Program-made: the position numbers and the translations under genes
The notes under the pieces: generated by a model
What the model saw: the letters and a program-made list of their open reading frames with translations, nothing else
The model's database searches: none
What the model was told of the DNA's origin: nothing
In this document: positions 36,844 through 46,937 of the stretch, one piece after another
Layout of the letters: each line of letters starts with the position of its first letter
Numbering within the stretch: position 1 is the first letter of the stretch
Origin: a virus
Taxonomy: Duplodnaviria; Caudoviricetes
Strand: one strand, 5' to 3'
DNA: 64,000 nucleotides
IMG/VR virus record: IMGVR_UViG_3300006226_000018
Coordinates: 13,224-77,223 of that record

Positions 36844-39435
36844 ATGAGCGACGATACACGCAGCATCGACAGACTGCAAGAGCTTTGCGGTCTGTCATAC
36901 GTAAACATTCGTGACGATGTATCCTGTATATTGTCAAACATCCCGCCGACAGCAAACATATACGAGGATGTCGTGTATCGTCTGTATCATGACGACGACA
37001 GGGCACCGTATGTGGAATTTCTATGCAATGCGGCGATCAAAATGATTGAAGAACAGCCGATAAATTCTGTGGAGTATGACAAGATATTAAGCTCGTTAGT
37101 ACCGCATGAATATCTGCTGGCTGCAACCTCTCAAGAACTGTCGAATGATATAGACTCAGACGGCATACCCATGTTGATAAAGCAAATTGCCGTTAAGTTT
37201 GTCGATGTGGCATACATGCTACATGTGAAGAAGGTCAACTGGAGACAGCAGATTCTTCAAGCAACCGGGCCTGACAATACAATGTTGGGCGGTCGGGACT
37301 ACAACCGCGAACTGAGCTACATCAACACGCTACAGCACAACGTTTACTTGCAGCTCAGTGAGCGGACATTTACCAAGATGTGTTCGCACACCACAAACTG
37401 CATCGTCGGTACGGAAGATAGCAACTTCACCTTACCGTGGCCGCTACAAGAAACGTTGTTGCTCGGCTCGCAAGCGGCGGGGATAAAGCACTACGAAAAT
37501 CCATTCTCTGCAATGACCGCGCATCTGCACTATCGCACCAGCGAGTACGACTACCCCGCATGGAAATATCGGGAAATCAGCCGTCTGGTACTCGAACAGC
37601 GGCTACGTAATATGATGTTCGGCGAATGGTTCTTGAATAGGCAAACCATAACGGATACCGGTTTGCTTGTTGGTATGCAGAACATTGTTGTGCGTCCGTA
37701 TGTGATGCCGCGAACCGGCCTCCAGCAGGAGTGCGGATTGTGTCATAACCTCGCGGATTGGGGCGATATGGTATCGTGCATAGATACCGGATTGACTAAC
37801 GTGAACGACATGGAACACCAGCTACCGTTAGCCAACACCCTGACACAGCCCAACAATTACTATTCGCTGATGACACGCATGATATGGGTATGCCCTGACT
37901 GCCGTGACAAGGCATGGGACATGAATGACCCGGCGCACGTGGGCAGACGGACACAACCGGACGGTCAGATTGTAAATCTGTACCTGAAACAGTGTCCCGA
38001 CTGCGAATCGTACTACATAGCCACAGACTTAGACCTACAGAGCGTACTGAATTGGGACGAGTGGCCGGACACATCAATCTCGGATACGGACGAGGGACGG
38101 GTAATACTGCCGCGATTCACCGACCTTGAGCGGAGAATATTAAATCTCCAGTGTCCGGCATGTTTCTCCCACACGTTCGTCATGTGCGAGGAATGTGAGT
38201 CGCTGCATCGGAACACTGAAATAACGGAAGCGCGATATGAGGGCACTACCCGCTCGATATGTCCATCATGCGCTGACGATAACTACAGCCCGTGCAACCG
38301 CTGTAATGAAATGGTTCACATACCGGACTTATCGGATTGGAACGGAGATTGCTACTGCGAATCCTGTTACGATTTGATAGTTGCGGAACACAATCGCCGT
38401 GAGTATGATGACTATGACGAAGATGATGAGTACAACGATGAGTACGAGTACAGCACCATCTGCGAGCATCATAACGCAAATGTTTCAATCAACCCGGTAC
38501 GATATGAGACGGAAGATGACCACACCGAATACCGGGAAATACATGCGCTGCCATACTTCGGCATAGAACTGGAAGTGGATACCCGCAAGCGTCACAATGA
38601 CTTCGACAAATGCGAACTGGACGACATTGCATATCGGGCGATACAAGTCGGCAAGCGCAATCCATACAGTTACGGTGATGACCTCTGGCACGCTGAGGAA
38701 GATAGCAGTTTGTCGTGTGGATTTGAAATGATAAGCCAACCGATGAGTATGCAGTATTGGATGCACGAGTATTGGCCGACTTTCCGGGACATGGTTGATA
38801 AACTTCGTGACATGGGTATGTACTCACATGATCCGGGGTCATGCGGCTTGCACGTGCATATCACTCGGAAAGCGTTCGGAAACAGCAAGCCGGAACAAGA
38901 GGCCAGCGTCGGTAGGCTGATTATCATCTTCGACCGCTTTTGGGACGAACTGGTAGCTCTATCCCGGCGCACTCAACAGCAGTTGTTTGAGTACGCCAAA
39001 CGGTACGAGTTAAACTCAAACGACATCAGTACCGATGTGGAAAACGAGACGGACGAATTGCATAACGCCTGTAACGTCTATGACAAGATGCACGATAGCT
39101 TATCGAGGTACTATGCAATCAACATCTCCAACTACAACACCATCGAAATCAGAATCATGCGCGGCACGTTGAAAGAATCCACGCTCAAGGCCACGATGAT
39201 GATTATCTTCTGTCTGTACGGCGCGTGTACATCGTTATCCATCAACCAGATTATGGAAACGAGGTTGCTGCGCGACATACTGAAAGAGGGGTATGAGGTA
39301 ATCAGGAATCGGTGGGGTATGTGCGGATTGAATGACATGTGGCAGGTAACGATGGACTACTGCCGCAGTAAGGGCGTATGGCCGGTGGAAGTGGATAAAA
39401 TGGCCATCGGCGAGGAAGATGAGGACGAGGAATAG
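36844..39435 (+). CDS. Multidomain protein with CxxC repeats and a C-terminal putative amidoligase (Amidoligase_2 / COOH-NH2 ligase type) domain
   Basis: YFGIELEVD, EEDSSL..GFEMISQPM, SCGLHVHI, RYYAIN, TIEIRIMRGTL. Confidence 0.85.
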   Translation: MSDDTRSIDRLQELCGLSYVNIRDDVSCILSNIPPTANIYEDVVYRLYHDDDRAPYVEFLCNAAIKMIEEQPINSVEYDKILSSLVPHEYLLAATSQELSNDIDSDGIPMLIKQIAVKFVDVAYMLHVKKVNWRQQILQATGPDNTMLGGRDYNRELSYINTLQHNVYLQLSERTFTKMCSHTTNCIVGTEDSNFTLPWPLQETLLLGSQAAGIKHYENPFSAMTAHLHYRTSEYDYPAWKYREISRLVLEQRLRNMMFGEWFLNRQTITDTGLLVGMQNIVVRPYVMPRTGLQQECGLCHNLADWGDMVSCIDTGLTNVNDMEHQLPLANTLTQPNNYYSLMTRMIWVCPDCRDKAWDMNDPAHVGRRTQPDGQIVNLYLKQCPDCESYYIATDLDLQSVLNWDEWPDTSISDTDEGRVILPRFTDLERRILNLQCPACFSHTFVMCEECESLHRNTEITEARYEGTTRSICPSCADDNYSPCNRCNEMVHIPDLSDWNGDCYCESCYDLIVAEHNRREYDDYDEDDEYNDEYEYSTICEHHNANVSINPVRYETEDDHTEYREIHALPYFGIELEVDTRKRHNDFDKCELDDIAYRAIQVGKRNPYSYGDDLWHAEEDSSLSCGFEMISQPMSMQYWMHEYWPTFRDMVDKLRDMGMYSHDPGSCGLHVHITRKAFGNSKPEQEASVGRLIIIFDRFWDELVALSRRTQQQLFEYAKRYELNSNDISTDVENETDELHNACNVYDKMHDSLSRYYAINISNYNTIEIRIMRGTLKESTLKATMMIIFCLYGACTSLSINQIMETRLLRDILKEGYEVIRNRWGMCGLNDMWQVTMDYCRSKGVWPVEVDKMAIGEEDEDEE

Positions 39436-39443
39436 ATAAAACA

Positions 39444-39486
39444 ACATACTCCCCCTCTGGACGATTTGTTTTGAGGGGGAGTATGT
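39444..39486. terminator. 14-bp perfect inverted repeat, terminator- or processing-site-like
   Basis: ACATACTCCCCCTC / GAGGGGGAGTATGT with a 15-nt loop; no clear T-run on the plus strand. Confidence 0.5.
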
Positions 39487-39543
39487 CGTCTAATGCGAAC
39501 ACTACAGTCACGGTACACATTATGCTAACAGGGGGGAATAAAC

Positions 39544-40218
39544 TTGTCAAGTATTAAAGTAAAGGCACGAGTAGAACGGACAATCATCGTAGATGCGCAG
39601 TATTACTTGAGTGATGTTCCACACCTGCGTAACTATGCGGAAGGAACAAACAAACTCGGAAATCCCTGCTTATTCTATATCTCACAGATTGAGTATTCAC
39701 CGGATTCTCCCCGTGTAACAAGCGAGAATTTATGGACGTTTTTTTTTCAGCACGGCAAATATCAGCTTGCCGACGCACATGCGAAAGACATTCGCCGACA
39801 TCGAAAAGATTACTACATGGTGAATGTCTATATGATGGATCACTCCGGGCTATACCTATCCACAAATCCATTCGGCTGCCCGTGGGACAGCGGCCAGTTA
39901 GGTTATGCGTATATATCGTATGACAAACTGCGTAAAGAATATGACATCGCCGCCGACGCGCCAATACCGACACATGTAACACAAACTGCCGTCCATCAAT
40001 TGGAACAGGAGCTGGCAATGTACACCATGTATCTAAATGGTGATGTACATGGACTTGGTTATATCGACATGAAAACCGGCGAGAACGAGTATATCGGAGA
40101 TTATTATCTCGGTCTCAGCAATGTAGCAGACCAAGAGGACATGCTTTCATTCATGATTGACAACGGTATTGATGAGAAAATGGCAGAGTCTATGCTAAAG
40201 GAGATGATTGAAGCCTGA
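39544..40218 (+). CDS. Conserved MGE protein (F.C.WDSG..G...YLNGDV motif), function unknown
   Basis: Motif pattern; GGGGGG SD with TTG start. Confidence 0.6.
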   Translation: MSSIKVKARVERTIIVDAQYYLSDVPHLRNYAEGTNKLGNPCLFYISQIEYSPDSPRVTSENLWTFFFQHGKYQLADAHAKDIRRHRKDYYMVNVYMMDHSGLYLSTNPFGCPWDSGQLGYAYISYDKLRKEYDIAADAPIPTHVTQTAVHQLEQELAMYTMYLNGDVHGLGYIDMKTGENEYIGDYYLGLSNVADQEDMLSFMIDNGIDEKMAESMLKEMIEA

Positions 40219-40724
40219 TGATTACCGCGAAGGAGCAAAAAGCATGGCAAAAGAAGCACGACCGTTTGCAGGAAAAATGGAATAGACTGTACCAGCGCAG
40301 TGGGGTATCGGTGCAGCTTTATTCGGTACTCACCATCTTTTGCACCGTGGTTTATATACGCTACAGCGACGGCGGCACTATCTGCTGTGTATGCGTATAC
40401 ACCACCGACGAAATAACCGACGACTTGAAATATCACAGGTTCTGCGGTTATGGTGATGCGCACGGCTATGGATACAACAGGGCACTGGATTCGTTGAAAA
40501 TTGCGTGGAAGGATTTACAGGACACGATTGAGTACGAGTTTTTATATAACTACGCGCTCAATGACACGGTAAAGCGTAGCGTACAAAACACAAGCCGTCT
40601 TTACAAGTGGATTATGGACGTTGACCCGTACAAACTGGAGACACACGGGCTGCGGTGGCTGGAAACCATGCAAACGTTCAATTACCCCGATGAGAACGGC
40701 GGTTCAGTACAAACAATCCTGTAA
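40218..40724 (+). CDS. Hypothetical protein
   Basis: Stop/start overlap. Confidence 0.6.
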   Translation: MITAKEQKAWQKKHDRLQEKWNRLYQRSGVSVQLYSVLTIFCTVVYIRYSDGGTICCVCVYTTDEITDDLKYHRFCGYGDAHGYGYNRALDSLKIAWKDLQDTIEYEFLYNYALNDTVKRSVQNTSRLYKWIMDVDPYKLETHGLRWLETMQTFNYPDENGGSVQTIL

Positions 40725-40736
40725 GGAGGTGTGCAT

Positions 40737-40838
40737 ATGGAGTGCGGTTGCTGCGGTGGTGAAATGGAATACAACCATGAAACTGACCGGTGGGAGTGTG
40801 ACGAGTGCGGTACGTATAACGCAGACCCGGATTACTAA
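40737..40838 (+). CDS. 33-aa zinc-ribbon microprotein
   Basis: MECGCCGGEMEYNHETDRWECDECGTYNADPDY; AAGGAGGTG SD; absent from the ORF track. Confidence 0.7.
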   Translation: MECGCCGGEMEYNHETDRWECDECGTYNADPDY

Positions 40839-40850
40839 AGGAGTGATGAT

Positions 40851-41174
40851 ATGGTACAAGGTAAGGTAATAATGGTCCTCGGATTTGTCATGAATCTCGA
40901 CAGCAAAATGTCAAGCAGTCATGATGCCAAGGGAGCAGACTACATGAAAGAGTTTGCTCAAACTGTAGAAAAAGTTATCGAAGAACTATGCGCTACTGAT
41001 GAGCGATTCCAACATGAACAGATAATACCTGTTACGTTGGACTTGGTTACTGCCGCCACCGAAACGCCAACACCGCATATAGGGATGGATACCGAAGATT
41101 TACCCGAGCTGTTTGAGTGGTATGAATTTCCCAATGAATACGGCGGCAACGACGGCGACGATGAAGATGAATAA
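40851..41174 (+). CDS. Acidic hypothetical protein
   Basis: AAGGAG SD. Confidence 0.6.
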   Translation: MVQGKVIMVLGFVMNLDSKMSSSHDAKGADYMKEFAQTVEKVIEELCATDERFQHEQIIPVTLDLVTAATETPTPHIGMDTEDLPELFEWYEFPNEYGGNDGDDEDE

Positions 41175-41196
41175 AATACAAAGGGGGTAATAAGAT

Positions 41197-42261
41197 ATGA
41201 AAACAGGTTTGTCGCTCGTGGAAATGGCAACGGAATTGGAAAGACAGAGCAAAGCGAAGAAAGATTATCAGATCACCAACGCTCGCGTCGGCATGTTAGA
41301 GGACGGTTCCATCGGGCTCAAAACCACCGACAGCGGCATGATGGAATTGGGTGTCAGTGAATACGCACACGGTCAGATAGCCGCATATACTGACATTCCC
41401 AAGAAATACTATGACCGTATGCTCGAAAACCACCCCCGGCTGCTTGCCGCTAACGTCAACACATGGCTACATAAGAAGGAAGGCCGCCGCCTTGTACGCA
41501 CTCTCGATGGCCGTTGCCGCGCTTTCCTCAGCGATAAGTACAGAATCATCGACAACTTCGCTGTGGCAAGCATGGTGCTTCCCATGCTCTCCGAACTCAA
41601 CATCGAGTCATGCAACGTAGACGAGAACAGCATGTACATTAAGGCGTTCTCTCCGAAGCTCATGACCGAGGTGCGCGTGGGTGACAAGGTACAGTGGGGC
41701 GTAATCATATCCAACGGCGAAGTCGGCAATCAGACACTCACCATCGCGCCGATGAGCTACAGGCTGGTATGTTCCAACGGTATGGTCATGAATGACTTCG
41801 GAATGAAGCGCAGACATATCGGCGGTCGCAGCAATGATGAGATTATCGACGCTGAATATAGTATTTTGAGCGACGATACCATCAAAGCGGAAAATAATGT
41901 TATCATGCGTAAAGTAAGGGACGTACTCAAGGCATCGTTGTCCGAGAGCAAAGCACAGGAAATGACAAACGTTATGCGGCAGGCCGCCAATGTTCCTATC
42001 GTGGCGAAAAGCATCCCGGAAGTCATTGAGGTGGTCAGCACAGACTTCGGCTTCAATGAGGACGAATCGGAAGGCATACTGAATCACCTCATCAAAGGCG
42101 GTGATTTGACGAAATTCGGAATCGCACAGGCAATATCGAGACAGGCCGAGGATTTGGAGAGTTACGACAGGGCTACCGATTTCGAGAAACTCAGCTTTAA
42201 GGCCATGATAGCTTCCGACAGCGTGTGGGAAAAATGGAACAAGCCGAAGAAAGCTGCGTAA
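41197..42261 (+). CDS. DUF932-like protein
   Basis: RAFLSDKYRIIDN...GVIISNGEVG...YRLVCSNGM motifs. Confidence 0.8.
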   Translation: MKTGLSLVEMATELERQSKAKKDYQITNARVGMLEDGSIGLKTTDSGMMELGVSEYAHGQIAAYTDIPKKYYDRMLENHPRLLAANVNTWLHKKEGRRLVRTLDGRCRAFLSDKYRIIDNFAVASMVLPMLSELNIESCNVDENSMYIKAFSPKLMTEVRVGDKVQWGVIISNGEVGNQTLTIAPMSYRLVCSNGMVMNDFGMKRRHIGGRSNDEIIDAEYSILSDDTIKAENNVIMRKVRDVLKASLSESKAQEMTNVMRQAANVPIVAKSIPEVIEVVSTDFGFNEDESEGILNHLIKGGDLTKFGIAQAISRQAEDLESYDRATDFEKLSFKAMIASDSVWEKWNKPKKAA

Positions 42262-42566
42262 ATCAGTACCCCGATAACTGCTGGGAATGTGCGTTCTTAC
42301 AACTGGTTAAAAATGATGCGATTCCCCGCACGTTTAGTGGAATAAACAAAGTAACACGACATGCGGTAAATGGCTCAAGAGTAAAATGGGTACGTGGATT
42401 ATGTACAAAAACCAATATCTACGTGTTCATGCCGGAAGCAACTAAAAGCAAGGCAAGAGCTGAGTTAAGTAAAGGCAGGCACAGGAGCTGTCCGGGATTT
42501 TCACACGCATTTTAATCATGAGGGGCGGGAACACCCCCCGCCCCTTCCTTTAAGGAGGAAAGGAAA

Positions 42567-42983
42567 ATGATACACAGCATTAAAAAGCTCATAGCAAACC
42601 GTACCATCGTGAATAAGCGATTCAGCAGGAAGATTATGCTACGTGTACTCAGCGCACTCACCACCATCGAAGCAACATTCGACTTGGTGTTGAGTAAATC
42701 ATTTCTCAAACTGCTCTTGGAAATGTACAAGAGCCGCGACAGGCGTGAACGTATGGCCGCTCGGCGCATGTACAAAGAAATACTCCGGCTGGAGGCGAAC
42801 GCAAAGATGTTTATCTTGGGCGTGGCCGAACTGCGCGAGAGAATAGCCGATTTGACAATGGGTGGCTTTATTGACCCCGCCGAGGACGACGACGACGAAT
42901 TTGAACCGGACCCGGACATCGACCCTGATGACCCGGACCCGGACCCTGATGACCCCGACGATCCAGACGATCCGGGCCTGTAA
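42567..42983 (+). CDS. Hypothetical protein with a Asp-Pro repeat tail
   Basis: AAGGAGG SD; C-terminal DPDIDPDDPDPDPDDPDD. Confidence 0.65.
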   Translation: MIHSIKKLIANRTIVNKRFSRKIMLRVLSALTTIEATFDLVLSKSFLKLLLEMYKSRDRRERMAARRMYKEILRLEANAKMFILGVAELRERIADLTMGGFIDPAEDDDDEFEPDPDIDPDDPDPDPDDPDDPDDPGL

Positions 42984-43006
42984 TTAACAACCGACACAGA
43001 CAACAC

Positions 43007-43032
43007 AAAACCGGGCGTATGCTCGGTTTTTT
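43007..43032 (+). terminator. Intrinsic terminator
   Basis: AAAACCGGGC-GTAT-GCTCGGTTTT-TT. Confidence 0.8.
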
Positions 43033-43063
43033 CATTTAAAGCAGAATGGGGGAGTAAAATAAA

Positions 43064-43384
43064 ATGACTGGTAAGATTATTCCAATGTCCTCTGTGGAGG
43101 ATATGACACACGAGGAAATAAACGATAGAATATTGACTGGTATTATCGGCGCACAGCAGCGCGTGACTGACTTGACAAAAACAATATCCGGGTCGAATTT
43201 CGTCAATGTTTTACAGGTTATGCTTCAAAGCGACATTGAAGCAGAACAAGAGGCGGCCATCTCCATCTGTACGGAGATAAAGGAATTGGAAGCAATCGCT
43301 GCTAATCTACAAGCAATTTGTGCCCACATACGTTTTGCTGTTAAAAACGATATAAAGAATCTGATGAAAGATGGTGGCGCGTAA
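43064..43384 (+). CDS. Hypothetical coiled-coil protein
   Basis: GGGGAG SD. Confidence 0.6.
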   Translation: MTGKIIPMSSVEDMTHEEINDRILTGIIGAQQRVTDLTKTISGSNFVNVLQVMLQSDIEAEQEAAISICTEIKELEAIAANLQAICAHIRFAVKNDIKNLMKDGGA

Positions 43385-43815
43385 TGAACTTTGATGATCC
43401 AGTCGATAAAATGATGAATGAGGTGAGGGAATTACTCGGGCGGGACCTCACCAAACAGCAGGAGATAATCGTTCGACAAATCGCGGAGTATAAAATGTTC
43501 TCCGACAGCATGATAACGATGGTTGAAATGATACAGGCTTCCGATGAGTGGGCATCAAAAAATGCATTAAAGATGCTGACGTTCATGTATAAGGATGACA
43601 CCAAATCGGCACACAAACTCGCGGATATAATGTTAAATATTTTGGGCGATCTCAATACTCAGTGCAGAAAATTAAGCGCAACCTGCGAGATTTTGATTGG
43701 GGCACAATATACACGCAATCCAGATGCGGTTGACTGCACCGGCTGCGAAAACTGTAGCAAAGCGTTAATATGTCGTAATCTTGATGGTAAAGGGGGAGAC
43801 CATGAGGCTACTTGA
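43384..43815 (+). CDS. Hypothetical protein with C-terminal Cys cluster
   Basis: CTGCENC..C; coupled. Confidence 0.6.
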   Translation: MNFDDPVDKMMNEVRELLGRDLTKQQEIIVRQIAEYKMFSDSMITMVEMIQASDEWASKNALKMLTFMYKDDTKSAHKLADIMLNILGDLNTQCRKLSATCEILIGAQYTRNPDAVDCTGCENCSKALICRNLDGKGGDHEAT

Positions 43816-44341
43816 TAAGCTGAACACGTATGTTTCAGCGCATACGAATCAGCAAATAAATCAACGAATTGTCAAAAATATCCTCAAAATCAATGACGAC
43901 ATTGTTGCCGTCAACTCGGTAATCAATGATCACTTCATACCCGTGCTTAAAGAAATGCTTACCGACCCAAGCGTTCTGGAGCATGTGGCAGCGAAGGAAA
44001 TTCTGGATGAACTACACAAATTACGACAAACAGCACATATCTTGGTACGGACATGCGATAGGGTGAATTATTGGGTGAATTGGGAATCCCCGGTGACTGA
44101 TGAAATGAAAATTCAGGAAGTCGCCAAAGGAATAACGTATGAAGGTGATTGTCCTATGTGCGGACATGAATTTACATACGACTTAGACGATATAACTGAG
44201 TTTTACTTCGTCCGATGCCCCAAGTGTGATAAGCATCTCCGGCCATGCGCTATGTGTCAATGTTGCAGCGATAAACCATGCGAATCGGCGATACGAAAGA
44301 TAGTCACCGAAGCGCACATGAAGAAGGTGAAGCAATCATGA
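43802..44341 (+). CDS. Hypothetical protein with zinc-ribbon motifs
   Basis: CPMC, CPKC, CAMC; GGGGAG SD. Confidence 0.6.
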   Translation: MRLLDKLNTYVSAHTNQQINQRIVKNILKINDDIVAVNSVINDHFIPVLKEMLTDPSVLEHVAAKEILDELHKLRQTAHILVRTCDRVNYWVNWESPVTDEMKIQEVAKGITYEGDCPMCGHEFTYDLDDITEFYFVRCPKCDKHLRPCAMCQCCSDKPCESAIRKIVTEAHMKKVKQS

Positions 44342-44535
44342 CGTGCCCCGAGTGCCCTACCTGCAAGTATTATCTCTACTTCCGACAGTGCAAAGATTTA
44401 CCCGATTGCAACACCTGCGGACTTGCGAGAACGTGTGAACACGTACCGGAATGGGGTGATCCGGTGCGCGTCAATTGCTTTTTATGGCAACCTGTAAAGG
44501 AGGATAAACAAACATGCGACCAGCCGAAGAAATAA
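44338..44535 (+). CDS. Small Cys-rich protein
   Basis: MTCPECPTC...; ATGA overlap. Confidence 0.55.
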   Translation: MTCPECPTCKYYLYFRQCKDLPDCNTCGLARTCEHVPEWGDPVRVNCFLWQPVKEDKQTCDQPKK

Positions 44536-45092
44536 AGAAAATCGAAAAACAGAGCCGTAGCGCACAGAAAGTCTTAAAGCATCTGGTAAACGCGCTCAAT
44601 GGCGTACCGATGCTCTCCGATGAAATTACTCGGTTACATCAGGAAATTGACCATCTCAAAGAGGCGAACAACGAAGTAATGCGCAGACTCAACAGAATGA
44701 GCAATAACCGCCGCTGGCTTGCGCGAATGACAGACATCACCGAACAGGAACAAGAGCCCACGGATGCGGATATAAGCACGGTGGCCATGTTAATGAACAG
44801 CAAAGATGAAACATTGGGATTTCTGCGCAGGACTGGTTTTATCACACGACTAGCCGATGAACTCACCAAAGAGAACAGACGGCTGAAATTTGAAATAGAA
44901 AAATATACCAAAATTATTGCGCGTAACTGCCACACCTGCGGCAAACTTGGTCAGTGCGGCCTTGACCTCTGCGGAGAAGGTTTACCGGGATATGAACTCA
45001 ATCAGAATCTGCTGTACTGTTTAACCCCGGACGAAGCCGCCGAAGAAGAACGAAAGGAGAAGGAAAAACTTGAATCAAGCGGAACAGCATGA
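44514..45092 (+). CDS. Coiled-coil protein with Cys cluster
   Basis: AAGGAGG SD. Confidence 0.6.
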   Translation: MRPAEEIKKIEKQSRSAQKVLKHLVNALNGVPMLSDEITRLHQEIDHLKEANNEVMRRLNRMSNNRRWLARMTDITEQEQEPTDADISTVAMLMNSKDETLGFLRRTGFITRLADELTKENRRLKFEIEKYTKIIARNCHTCGKLGQCGLDLCGEGLPGYELNQNLLYCLTPDEAAEEERKEKEKLESSGTA

Positions 45093-45711
45093 TTACGTCG
45101 GGCATCGCGTTCTCGTTCATGGCAGTCCAAACTGGCTGCAAAAATTCCGTGAAGAACATTTTCACGAAGATAACACCAGCGACCTTTCATTCGACTTTGA
45201 AACATTCATCAGACAACCAAAAGACTTAGACCGAACAGATACCAGTGACGAAACAAACGAGCTGTATCAAAATCTGTTAGCTGTAATCAATGGCGATGAG
45301 AAAGCATTTATCTTTCTGCGAGGAAAGAAACTTGCAAATCCGTTCGCTCTTGAACCAGCATGGGAACGACTGCGCTTCTTGGTTGAGACAGGATACGATT
45401 CGTGGGAGACATGGCGGCTCAAACATTGGGGCACTAAGTGGCCTGCGTTTGATACGAGGATAGACAATGAAACCCTCAGCGGTCCGCTTGACTTTGTATT
45501 TACCACCACGAATTACACACCACTGCCGATACTCAACCGAATGGCATCTGTCTGGTTGTGCGTACAATTTGAAGTACACGCGCTTCATCTCGGAAATAAT
45601 TACTGCTACACCGGCTGGTTCAATGCTCCCAACAGAAAACCGCTGTACAGATATTCCGATGATGCCAAGACAATTAGCAAAGTGCGTAGGATAATATATC
45701 CTAACTACTGA
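45070..45711 (+). CDS. DUF1281/YubB ferredoxin-like domain protein
   Basis: W..WRLKHWGTKW...FTT...P..I...A motif. Confidence 0.7.
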   Translation: MNQAEQHDYVGHRVLVHGSPNWLQKFREEHFHEDNTSDLSFDFETFIRQPKDLDRTDTSDETNELYQNLLAVINGDEKAFIFLRGKKLANPFALEPAWERLRFLVETGYDSWETWRLKHWGTKWPAFDTRIDNETLSGPLDFVFTTTNYTPLPILNRMASVWLCVQFEVHALHLGNNYCYTGWFNAPNRKPLYRYSDDAKTISKVRRIIYPNY

Positions 45712-45724
45712 AAGGAGACTACGC

Positions 45725-46243
45725 ATGGACATATCACGAGACAACTATGACCCAACATTGGACATGATTGAACAGCGGGTGCTTGAAAAGGAAGCTCGGC
45801 TGCAAGAGCAACTAAACAAGCAGGCAGTTCGCTGGAAACCACCGCGATTCGAGCGATTCAACATGGTAAAACATGAATTGTTCGATGAACTCTCTGCGCA
45901 ATTTAAAGTGATGGTCAGCAAGTTTGTTGTAACTGAGGAACCACAATGCGGCAAACTGGTAATACCTAACGACCAGCCGTATGAAATATTGGCCTCAGTA
46001 GCTGACATAAACGGACATATTGTAATTCACGAATGGGCATTTGACCCCGCGCCCCTGCATGGCTATAGCGCATCTTGGATATGTCATACAGTTCGTGAAT
46101 TACAAAAATACACATCCGATTATGCAAACGTTATGCACTGGCAAGGAGATATTATTACCTTCATACGTGATGATGACCTCAAATCCGTGTGCAAAGCGTT
46201 TTACGGCAAGATGCAAGCTCAAATGCGTAAACCCGCTGGTTAA
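45725..46243 (+). CDS. Hypothetical protein
   Basis: AAGGAG SD. Confidence 0.6.
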   Translation: MDISRDNYDPTLDMIEQRVLEKEARLQEQLNKQAVRWKPPRFERFNMVKHELFDELSAQFKVMVSKFVVTEEPQCGKLVIPNDQPYEILASVADINGHIVIHEWAFDPAPLHGYSASWICHTVRELQKYTSDYANVMHWQGDIITFIRDDDLKSVCKAFYGKMQAQMRKPAG

Positions 46244-46302
46244 AAGTTACATTGACACTAATCGTTATCTGAAATACAATACTACTTGGGAGGTGTAACG
46301 AT

Positions 46303-46659
46303 ATGGCGAAAAAGGTAGTGAAAAAAGATGGTGAGCGTAAGTTCGGGCCGTACACCGATTTTGATATGCTCACAATGGGCCATAAGTACAAAGAACTCGA
46401 AGGCCAGATCAAAATTCTTACAGAGCAAAAGAACGAGCTAAACGAGCAGTTTAAGATGGTTCTGCCAATGGGTAAAAACACCATCATCGGCGATTTGCTG
46501 TTCGTCTTGGAAGATAGGCCACGGTCAAACACCGATCACAAATTGGTCAAAAATCTCGTATCCGAACACATGAGTATCCAGCTTGTGAATGATATTTGGG
46601 CAGCGGCGACGGTAAAACAGTCTGTTCCCACTTTGTCGGTGAAGAAGATTGATAGCTGA
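46303..46659 (+). CDS. Hypothetical protein
   Basis: GGAGGTG SD. Confidence 0.65.
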   Translation: MAKKVVKKDGERKFGPYTDFDMLTMGHKYKELEGQIKILTEQKNELNEQFKMVLPMGKNTIIGDLLFVLEDRPRSNTDHKLVKNLVSEHMSIQLVNDIWAAATVKQSVPTLSVKKIDS

Positions 46660-46937
46660 TGAACAGACAAAAGTATCCTCAGCAAAATAACTTCACCATA
46701 GACAGCGTACACGCCCGATTTAAGGAAAAACAACGGGCACAATCGGAAGTGGTCCACTTCTTTCTGTTCTTTGCTTGGCTGATTGGTGTAGTAATTTGGT
46801 TTGCATTGGAATTTATCGCGGAGCCCGGTTTATTACTTGCGCTGTGGTGGATTCCAGTATTCGGCGGCTTAGGAACTTGGATGGAACGCCGAAAAATCAA
46901 AAAGGACTGCGAAAGGATAACTGGCAATGACAACTGA
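46659..46937 (+). CDS. Small two-TM membrane protein
   Basis: Two hydrophobic segments. Confidence 0.6.
   Translation: MNRQKYPQQNNFTIDSVHARFKEKQRAQSEVVHFFLFFAWLIGVVIWFALEFIAEPGLLLALWWIPVFGGLGTWMERRKIKKDCERITGNDN

Noticed and set aside
39739-39747. T9 tract in the 39544 gene (and A8 near 51270) as phase-variation sites
   Set aside because: Short A/T runs, genes in frame, no supporting context
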